Of a stretch of 14,919 nucleotides of DNA, positions 1 through 6,309 are shown piece by piece. Position 1 is the stretch's first letter. The number at the start of each line of letters is the position of its first letter. Under the pieces are notes generated by a model. It had not been told where the DNA came from, did no database searches, and saw nothing but the letters and a program-made list of their open reading frames with translations. The position numbers and the translations under genes were made by a program. The stretch is from a bacterium (GTDB taxonomy: Bacteria > Patescibacteriota > Minisyncoccia > UBA6257 > JAGGUH01), in contig JAGGUH010000062.1 in the NCBI GenBank assembly GCA_021158645.1, positions 1 through 14,919 of the forward strand, given 5' to 3'.

Positions 1-95
1 ATATAATACAAGATGCATTCAAGTAATTTAGTTGCAGTATTTAAATAGGCAAAATTTACAAAAATAAAAAATTATTTAAAATAAAAATTAAAAAT

Positions 96-962
96 ATGGG
101 AGAAATTAAAAAAATAATTCTCAAGAAGTTAGAATTGCCAATTTCTCAGAAAAAAGAAAAATCTCTTCAGGAAAAGAAGGAAAATTTGTTTCTCGAAAAT
201 TTATTAGATAATTTTAGAACACTTTTTCAAGATGAAAAGATAATTACATCTGATTTAAAATCACTTAAAGAAAAAATTAAGGAAAAACAAATAGTTCCTG
301 ATGCCCATATTTTTAATGTATTAAAAAATTTAGGAATGATTTTAGGAAGCCAGAAAAAAATAAAAAAGGAAATTATCTTTCAAAATAAAAATGCTTTCAG
401 AGATTATCTTTTTTTGCTTAATCAAGACGAAAAATTTCTTAAAGGAGAACTCGAGAACAAATTAGGTGCTTATCAGAAATTCGGAAAAATGCCTTTACTT
501 TCTTATATTGAAATAAGCAAAAATCTTTTTGAATTAAAAGAACTAAACCAAGATATTCGAGAAAAAACTGAAGATTTGATAAAAAGAGGTATTATCAGAA
601 AACCTTCTCAAAGAAAACATTCTTTAGAAGAAATTCAAACCACTCGAGAAATTATTAAAAATTTAATCAAATGCGGAATAAGTCCAAAAATTACTGTGCC
701 AATAGAATTTATTAAAAAAATTAAAAAAGATGGAATTAAAGAAACCAGTGATTGGTTAAAAAGAAATCGAATTTGCGGCACTTTGCTTGGCGAACTCTAC
801 CTGCCAAAAAACGAGAAAAGAGCTGTTGTAGAAATTGAAAGTATCTCCCCATCAGAAATCGAACCCTTATTTACTCCTCCGGATTATACTTTTAAAGGAA
901 CTATTGAGTTTAAACATCCAATCCCACCTGAAAAAATTAAAATTTTGAAAACAATAAATTAA
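96..962 (+). CDS. hypothetical protein, 288 aa, Lys/Glu/Ile-rich, no family recognised
   Basis: ATG at 96 and TAA at 960-962. The 288-codon frame is uninterrupted in DNA where AT-rich stop codons are frequent. I recognise no catalytic or binding motif. It is convergent with tgt, with an 18-nt gap. Confidence 0.6.
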   Translation: MGEIKKIILKKLELPISQKKEKSLQEKKENLFLENLLDNFRTLFQDEKIITSDLKSLKEKIKEKQIVPDAHIFNVLKNLGMILGSQKKIKKEIIFQNKNAFRDYLFLLNQDEKFLKGELENKLGAYQKFGKMPLLSYIEISKNLFELKELNQDIREKTEDLIKRGIIRKPSQRKHSLEEIQTTREIIKNLIKCGISPKITVPIEFIKKIKKDGIKETSDWLKRNRICGTLLGELYLPKNEKRAVVEIESISPSEIEPLFTPPDYTFKGTIEFKHPIPPEKIKILKTIN

Positions 963-980
963 AAAAACATAAGAAATTTT

Positions 981-2075
981 TTAAACTTTTCCTTTTTTAA
1001 TTGCCCTTTTAATTTCCTCTATAAATTCAAAATAAAAATAAAGATTGTGAAAACTTGCCAATCGAAGCCCTAAAGGATCTTTTGTTTTAAATAAATGATG
1101 CAAAAAAGCCCGAGAAAAATTTTGGCAAACAAAACAATTGCATTTAGAATCTATCGGCTTTTTATCTTTCTTGTATTTTGTATTTAAGATGTTAACAATT
1201 TTATATTTAAACTTTTGGCTTCTAACGAAAATTCTTCCATGTCTTCCTTCTCTTGTTGGAACAACGCAATCAAAAATATCAATCCCTTTTTTAATTGCTT
1301 TTAAAATCTGATCTAAAAGACCAATACCCATTAAATAACGAGGTTTTTCTTCGGGAATTTTTTTAACTAAAAAATCAATAACTTCAAACATTTTAGAAAC
1401 CCCCTCGCCAACTCCCAACCCACCAATAGCATAGCCATCAAATCCAATTTCAAGAAGATCTTTTAAAGATTTCTCTCTTAAATTTTTATAAACACCTCCC
1501 TGAATAATGCCAAAAAGTAATGGTCTTAAATGATTTTTGAAATTGATTTTTTCTTTAAAAAAAATTTTAGATCTTTGAGCCCATTTTGTCGTTAAAGAAA
1601 CCGCTTTTTCAATTTCTTTCTTTTTATAAGGCCAGCCACAAAAATAATCTAAAACCATTAGAATGTCAGATTTAAAATCCAGTTGAATTTCAATTGATTT
1701 TTCTGGAGATAATTTATGTTTTTTTCCTTCAATTTCATCAAGAAACTCAACAAAATTTTCGAAAACCTTTACATTTTTTAAAGAAAAAATTTGAAAACCA
1801 CCGGAGTCGGTTAAAATTGAGCCATTCCAACCACAAAAATTCTTTAAACTTTTAAATTTTTTAATTATCTCGGTTCCTGGTCTTAAATGTAAATGATAAG
1901 TATTGGCTAAAATCATTTGATAGCCAATTTTTTTAATTTCTTCAAAACTTAATCCTCTAACATTTCCAAAAGTAGCAATTGGCAAAAACAATGGAGTTTC
2001 TACTTCGCCAGAAGGCAATTTTAATCTACCAATTCTCGCTCGAGAAATTTTTGATTTGTATTCTATTTTAAACAT
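981..2075 (-). CDS. tgt: queuine tRNA-ribosyltransferase (tRNA-guanine transglycosylase)
   Basis: Family hallmarks are present: LANTYHLHLRPG, LTDSGGFQ (catalytic Asp), YLMGIG, FDCVVPTREGRHG, and the zinc site CNCFVC...H in CNCFVCQNFSRAFLHHL. ATG start, TAA stop, 364 aa. Confidence 0.93.
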   Translation of the reverse strand: MFKIEYKSKISRARIGRLKLPSGEVETPLFLPIATFGNVRGLSFEEIKKIGYQMILANTYHLHLRPGTEIIKKFKSLKNFCGWNGSILTDSGGFQIFSLKNVKVFENFVEFLDEIEGKKHKLSPEKSIEIQLDFKSDILMVLDYFCGWPYKKKEIEKAVSLTTKWAQRSKIFFKEKINFKNHLRPLLFGIIQGGVYKNLREKSLKDLLEIGFDGYAIGGLGVGEGVSKMFEVIDFLVKKIPEEKPRYLMGIGLLDQILKAIKKGIDIFDCVVPTREGRHGRIFVRSQKFKYKIVNILNTKYKKDKKPIDSKCNCFVCQNFSRAFLHHLFKTKDPLGLRLASFHNLYFYFEFIEEIKRAIKKGKV

Positions 2076-2205
2076 TTTAGCAACAAAATTTATCTTCTCT
2101 AAAAACGATAGTTTCCTATCTGTTTAAAAAATCAAATTTTTCTTTTCTAAATTTTCTGAGTTAATACTCAAAACAAAATTTGCCAAAAGAAAAATAAAAT
2201 AGATT

Positions 2206-2976
2206 TTATTCAATTAAGGGAGTAATAATTATAGGAAGAGATTTTGTAATCGCAATTGTTGCTTCAAAATGAGAAGACAAAGAACGATCAGCAGTTAAAA
2301 ATTCATCATCTTTGTTTGAAATTATTTTTGAAGTCCCTAAAGATGCCATTGGTTCAATTGCAATAACCATACCATTTTTTAAAATTTCTCCGCTATGCCT
2401 TGAACCACAATTTGGAATAAAAGGATCTTCATGAACATAATAACCAACTCCATGACCGCAAAGTTCGCAAATTGGAAAAAAACGATATTTTTTTATCGTT
2501 CTTTCAATCTCAAAAGAAATATCTCCAATCCGATTTCCTTTTCGACAAATTTTAATCGCGTTCTTTAATGCCTCTTTAGTGCTTTTTATTAAATCCCTGG
2601 CTTTCTTTGAAATTTTTCCAATTCCAAAAGTAATCGCCATATCAGTATAAAGTTTTTTATAGCAAATGCCACAATCCAAACTTACCAAATCTCCTTCTTT
2701 TAAAATAATATTCTTTTTGGGAACTCCATGAACGATAACCTCATTTATTGAAATACAAATTGGAGCCGGAAATGGTTTCCTCGCAAAATTGGGTCTAAAG
2801 TTTAAAAAAGATGGTTTTCCTCCTGTTTCTTTGATTAGTTTAAAAGCATAATTAGATAAAAATAAAGTCGAAACATTTGGTTTTGACTTCTCTTTTACCT
2901 TTTTTAAAATCTCTGAAAGAATTTTCCCTCCTTCTTTTAAAATTTCAATTTCTGAATCTTTTTTTAAAAAAATCAT
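2206..2976 (-). CDS. map: type I methionine aminopeptidase
   Basis: All five metal ligands sit in the expected context: SLD, YTDMA, CGHGVGYYVHEDP, IAIEPM, HFEATIAIT. Its ATG (2976-2974) overlaps the mreB TGA stop as ATGA. 256 aa. Confidence 0.93.
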   Translation of the reverse strand: MIFLKKDSEIEILKEGGKILSEILKKVKEKSKPNVSTLFLSNYAFKLIKETGGKPSFLNFRPNFARKPFPAPICISINEVIVHGVPKKNIILKEGDLVSLDCGICYKKLYTDMAITFGIGKISKKARDLIKSTKEALKNAIKICRKGNRIGDISFEIERTIKKYRFFPICELCGHGVGYYVHEDPFIPNCGSRHSGEILKNGMVIAIEPMASLGTSKIISNKDDEFLTADRSLSSHFEATIAITKSLPIIITPLIE

Positions 2977-3995
2977 TTTTTTATTCCAACTTTTTCTAAA
3001 TTGTCTAAATTTTCTACAATCATTCCCGTTCCCCGAACAACTGCAGTTAACGGTTCATTGATTATTGAAGTTGGAAGTTTAAGTTCTTTTTCTACCAAAC
3101 TATCAAGTCCCTTTAAAAGTGCCCCACCTCCACAAAGCCAAACGCCATTTTCCATAATATCAGCAATGAGTTCTGGTGGTGTTTCCTCTAAAAGTTCTTT
3201 TGAGGTCTCAATAATTTTTTTAATTGACGCTTCAATTGCCTTTCTGATGTCTTTTGGAGAAATAGTAATCCCTCTTGGAAGTCCAGAAGTAATATCTCTT
3301 CCCTTTATTAAAACCTCTTTTTCTAATCCCTCATAATTTCCAAAAACTGAACCTAAAATTTCTTTTAGAAATTGAGCCGTTGGCTTTCCAATTAAAAGTT
3401 TGTGTTCTGAAAAAATATAGTCAATAATTGCCTGATCAAATTTATCACCAGCAATTTTTAAGGTTTTAAATTTTACAATACCACCATAAGAAATTACTCC
3501 AATTTCAGTGGTTCCGCCACCAATATCAATAATAAGATAACCTCTCGCTTTAGCAATTGGAAGCCGGGCTCCGATAGCACCGCTTAAAGGTTCCTCTACC
3601 AAAAAAACTCTGCTTGCTCCTAAAGATCTTGCAACATCCTCAACGGTTTTTCTTTCGACTTCAGTAATACCACAAGGAACAGCAACGACAATCCAAAATC
3701 TTTTAAATAAAAAAGTTTCTTGCATTGAATCTTCTAAAAGTTGTTTTAAAAACTGAAGACAAACCTCAAAATCAGAAATTACTCCATCAGTTAATGGTCT
3801 TAAAATAGAAATATGATAAGGAACTCGATCGACCATTTTTTTTGCCTCCTTGCCAATAGCAACGATTTGATTGGTTTTTTTATTTAAGGCAGCCAAAGAT
3901 GGTTGATTGACTACAATTCCTTTTGCGGCTTGATAAATTAAAGTATTTGAAGTTCCAAGATCAATACCAAATTTTTTTTTAGGAAAAAGAAACAT
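2973..3995 (-). CDS. mreB: rod-shape determining actin homologue MreB
   Basis: Actin-fold phosphate and adenosine motifs are present: GIDLGTSNTLIY, IIDIGGGTTEIGVIS, LCGGGALLKGLD. ATG at 3995 and TGA stop at 2973-2975. 340 aa. Confidence 0.93.
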   Translation of the reverse strand: MFLFPKKKFGIDLGTSNTLIYQAAKGIVVNQPSLAALNKKTNQIVAIGKEAKKMVDRVPYHISILRPLTDGVISDFEVCLQFLKQLLEDSMQETFLFKRFWIVVAVPCGITEVERKTVEDVARSLGASRVFLVEEPLSGAIGARLPIAKARGYLIIDIGGGTTEIGVISYGGIVKFKTLKIAGDKFDQAIIDYIFSEHKLLIGKPTAQFLKEILGSVFGNYEGLEKEVLIKGRDITSGLPRGITISPKDIRKAIEASIKKIIETSKELLEETPPELIADIMENGVWLCGGGALLKGLDSLVEKELKLPTSIINEPLTAVVRGTGMIVENLDNLEKVGIKK

Positions 3996-4032
3996 AGTTT
4001 TAAAAACTCAAATCTCAAAAGTTAAAAAGCAA

Positions 4033-4130
4033 GAAATTGGAAGCAGGAAATGGGAGGTGGGAAAATAAAAATAAGAAATTACTAAATCTCACCTCCAATT
4101 TCCCACCTCTCACCTCCCACTTCCCATTCT
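4033..4130. repeat. imperfect inverted repeat: purine-rich arm (4033-4064) against a pyrimidine-rich heptad array (4088-4129)
   Basis: GAGGTGGGAAA (4054-4064) is the exact complement of TTTCCCACCTC (4099-4109). AATGGGAGGTGGGA (4049-4062) pairs with TCCCACTTCCCATT (4115-4128) with one G-T. AATTGGA (4035-4041) pairs with TCCAATT (4094-4100). The right arm reads as 7-mers: ctcacct ccaattt cccacct ctcacct cccactt cccattc. Confidence 0.65.
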
Positions 4131-4133
4131 TAA

Positions 4134-4277
4134 AGATTTTAGATTTTAGATGTAGATTTTACTTTTTACTTTTTAGATTTTAGATTTTTTTGTTTTGAAT
4201 TTTGGATTTTGAATTTTGAATTTATTTATAATTTGTGATTTGGGATTTATGATAAGTTTTGCTTTTTTGCGTTTTGC
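4134..4277. repeat. degenerate heptanucleotide tandem array (AGATTTT / ACTTTTT / TTTTGAA / GTTTTGC units)
   Basis: Read directly from the sequence: agatttt agatttt agatgt agatttt acttttt acttttt agatttt agattttttt, then ttttgaa ttttgga ttttgaa ttttgaa (core 4134-4220). Looser gttttgc/ttttttgc/gttttgc units follow at 4256-4277. The array lies between the stop of the pilin-like gene (4291) and the inverted repeat upstream of mreB. Confidence 0.7.
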
Positions 4278-4290
4278 AAATTGTATTTTA

Positions 4291-4638
4291 CTATGGGCAT
4301 TCGATTTTATGCCAAGGATGTCCTAAAATTTTAGTAAGTTTTCCGCCACTTATCATATTTAAAAAGAAATTAATCAAAATCCAGGCACTTAAAGTCAATA
4401 CAAGTGCTATAACTCCTCCTCGAATAGCATCTTTTCCTTTCTTGATTCTTTCTTCATTGCCTCCAGAAAAAATCCATAAAAACCCTCCAACAATAATTGC
4501 AATCGTTGATAAAGGTATGGCTAAATTTAAAGTCAAAAAATTAACTATATTCTGAAGCATTTGAGCGAATTCGCAAAAACCGCAAGGTCCATTACATTGA
4601 GGCACAATTCTTGCTAATTGACTTATCAAAATTTTCAT
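4291..4638 (-). CDS. small Cys-containing two-TM membrane protein, putative CPR-type T4SS-pilin-like (TrbC/VirB2-like) protein
   Basis: 115 aa. An N-terminal CNGPCGFCEF cluster is followed by two hydrophobic helices (FLTLNLAIPLSTIAIIVGGFLWIF and GGVIALVLTLSAWILINFFLNMI) joined by a short charged loop (SGGNEERIKKGKDAIR). The C-terminus is W-x-K-I-E-C-P. This matches my memory of the small pilin-like family abundant in Parcubacteria. ATG start, TAG stop. The family call is from recall, not a search. Confidence 0.55.
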   Translation of the reverse strand: MKILISQLARIVPQCNGPCGFCEFAQMLQNIVNFLTLNLAIPLSTIAIIVGGFLWIFSGGNEERIKKGKDAIRGGVIALVLTLSAWILINFFLNMISGGKLTKILGHPWHKIECP

Positions 4639-4843
4639 AATTCAAAAAAATTATAATTATAATAAAAAAAATTTCAAATATCCGCATTGAGTAATCTAAA
4701 ATGCGAATAAAATAGTATTTGTTTAGGTTGTTTAAAAAATAAAATAAAAATCTAAAAAACTCTTCAAATTTAAACTTTTTCAAGTTTAGATGCCTTAAAG
4801 CACTTATAAATGAAATTTTTTGATATAAAAAATTGAATTTCAG

Positions 4844-4870
4844 ATTTACAAATAAATTTACAAATAAATT
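4844..4870. repeat. 12-nt tandem repeat ATTTACAAATAA x2 plus a partial third unit
   Basis: Units at 4844-4855 and 4856-4867 are identical, and 4868-4870 begins a third. The repeat sits in the divergent intergenic region between the pilin-like gene and uppS. Confidence 0.7.
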
Positions 4871-4940
4871 AAAAAAAACCTTTAAATAAAACAACTTGAA
4901 AAAAAATAAATTTTTCTTATTCTCTATAAAAAATAAAAAA

Positions 4941-5633
4941 ATGGATCTTCCAAAACATATTGCAATTATTCCTGATGCAAATCGAAGATGGGCGAAAATT
5001 CATAAATTAAAACCCTGGGAAGGTTATAATTTTGGCACTAAAGCATTTGAAAAAGTATTTAAAAAATCTTTAGAGTTAAAAATTCCCTACATTACTTTCT
5101 GGATTGCTTCTTTAGATAACTTAACTAAAAGACCAAAAAAAGAAGTAAAGTTTCTTTGCGATCTTTTTGCGAAAAATTTTCCAAAATTTGCTAAAGAAAA
5201 ATTAATCCACAAATATCAGGTAAAAATTCAAGTTTTTGGAAGATGGAAGGAAATGATGCCAAAAAAAGTAGTTGAAGCAGTTTTAAAATCAATTAAAGCA
5301 ACTGAAAATTATTCTAAGTTTTTTCTAACTTTTTTGATGGCTTATAATGGCAACGACGAAATGATAGAAGCAATTAAAAAAATCAAGAAAGCAAACATTA
5401 AAAGAATTACCCCTGAAATTTTGGACAAGTTTTTATGGACTGGTAATTTACCTCAAGTAGATTTTATCATAAGAACCGGTGGCGAAGAACATCTTTCTGC
5501 CGGTTTTATGATGTGGAAAATTCAATATGCTCAAATGATATTTCCAAAAGTTTACTTTCCTGATTTTGATGATAAAGAATTTTTAAAAGCATTAAAATTG
5601 TATTCCAAACGAAAAAGAAGGTTTGGAAAATAA
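4941..5633 (+). CDS. uppS: divergent cis-prenyltransferase (undecaprenyl-diphosphate synthase family)
   Basis: HIAIIPDANRRWA (compare DGNRRWA), IRTGGEEHLSAGFMMWKIQYAQ (compare RTGGE.R.SNFLLWQ..YAE) and C-terminal RKRRFGK. I prefer the ATG at 4941 (MDLPKHIAII...) over the TTG at 4896 used by the ORF track. TAA stop. Confidence 0.85.
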   Translation: MDLPKHIAIIPDANRRWAKIHKLKPWEGYNFGTKAFEKVFKKSLELKIPYITFWIASLDNLTKRPKKEVKFLCDLFAKNFPKFAKEKLIHKYQVKIQVFGRWKEMMPKKVVEAVLKSIKATENYSKFFLTFLMAYNGNDEMIEAIKKIKKANIKRITPEILDKFLWTGNLPQVDFIIRTGGEEHLSAGFMMWKIQYAQMIFPKVYFPDFDDKEFLKALKLYSKRKRRFGK

Positions 5634-5789
5634 AAATTACTTGAATTTTTTTCAATAAAAGATATACTAATATACTAATAATAGAAAAGTGAATAGGGTT
5701 AGGCGTGAAATAAAAAGTAAAATAGTGAAGAATAAATAGTAAAAGATTTACATTTCTCATCTTCTATTATATACACTTTTATTAATTAA

Positions 5790-6152
5790 GGGGATGAAGG
5801 GCTTTGATAGTAAAAGGTTTTAAAGGATAGCAGATTGGAGGGAGCAGGAAATCCTCCATAATAAAAAAACCTGCATTTATTTAAAATGCCAATGAAAAAA
5901 TTCCTGCTTATGCTTTAGCATAAGCCATCTGATTAAACTGATGCCTAATAAGTTTAGTCAGGTGTAAGTTTTTTTAGGCAATTCTCTAATGTTTTGGTGC
6001 TTTTTGGTTAGAGAATTTTTTAAAAAAGCACCCCAAAATTGGTTTTTTGGCAGTTTTTAAGCCAATTTTGGTTTTCATTAAACTGCCTATGTCTGTAGAA
6101 ACCCTTTAAAACCTCTTACTAGACGCGGGTTCGATTCCCGTCATCTCCACTA
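5790..6152 (+). ncRNA. ssrA: transfer-messenger RNA (tmRNA, one-piece)
   Basis: The 5' GGGGATG (5790-5796) pairs with CATCTCC (6142-6148), including the G3-U wobble that is the AlaRS identity element. A T-arm GGGTTCGATTCCC lies at 6127-6139. Four interleaved pseudoknots are visible: GGAGG/CCTCC with GCAGG/CCTGC (5837-5874); TGATTAAACT/AGTTTAGTCA with GCCTAA/TTAGGC (5930-5979); AATTCTCTAA/TTAGAGAATT with GGTGC/GCACC (5980-6032); CCAAAATTGG/CCAATTTTGG with GGCAG/CTGCC (6033-6087). The 3' end reads A-CTA, so CCA is not fully encoded. Confidence 0.92.
5888..5923 (+). other. tmRNA tag reading frame: resume codon GCC, encoded tag ANEKIPAYALA, stop TAA
   Basis: GCC AAT GAA AAA ATT CCT GCT TAT GCT TTA GCA TAA begins 13 nt after PK1. 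The last codons and the stop lie in the hairpin GCTTATGC-TTTA-GCATAAGC (5906-5925), as is typical for tmRNA helix 5. Confidence 0.75.
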
Positions 6153-6309
6153 AAATAGAAATGAGAAGTGGGAGATGAAAGATGAGAGATGAAAGGTGAG
6201 GCAAAAAACAAAAATAAAGTTCAGTAACTACTAAAGGATACATAAGCGAGTTTAAACTTTGTTATTTTCATTAAATTTTTGCGGAGCAAAAATTTAGAGC
6301 AATTGGCAG

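Noticed and set aside
3001-3336. 111-aa plus-strand ORF
   Set aside because: It lies entirely antisense within mreB, whose identity is unambiguous. Its Ser/Pro-rich, low-information sequence is typical of a shadow ORF.
4088-4277. CRISPR array
   Set aside because: The repeat unit is only 7 nt, with no unique spacers and no cas genes nearby. This is a microsatellite-like heptamer array, not a CRISPR array.
4259-4555. 98-aa plus-strand ORF overlapping the pilin-like gene
   Set aside because: It is antisense to the minus-strand ORF, which has a coherent two-TM, Cys-motif architecture. The plus-strand product has no recognisable features.
4592-4894. 100-aa minus-strand ORF (MFYLKVFFNLFVNLFVNL...)
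   Set aside because: It is a low-complexity translation of an AT-rich intergenic region; its NLFVNLFV segment is simply the 12-nt tandem repeat. It overlaps the start of the pilin-like gene in another frame, and the region is better read as a divergent promoter region.
4896-4940. TTG-initiated N-terminal extensions from the ORF track (uppS at 4896, dnaJ at 10087, membrane ORF at 11006)
   Set aside because: In each case an ATG a few codons downstream gives an N-terminus matching the family (MDLPKHIAII for UppS, MKNYYQILGV for DnaJ). For dnaJ it also removes an overlap with the preceding gene. The extensions are A/T-run translations.
5506-5760. 84-aa minus-strand ORF
   Set aside because: It overlaps the conserved 3' end of uppS in antisense and runs into the ssrA upstream region. 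It has no motifs and is likely spurious.
5747-5775. ssrA promoter TTTACA-N17-TATACA
   Set aside because: The spacing is plausible but the -10 lacks the conserved final T. The proposed promoter also conflicts with the flank-pairing hypothesis. The evidence is too weak to list as a feature.
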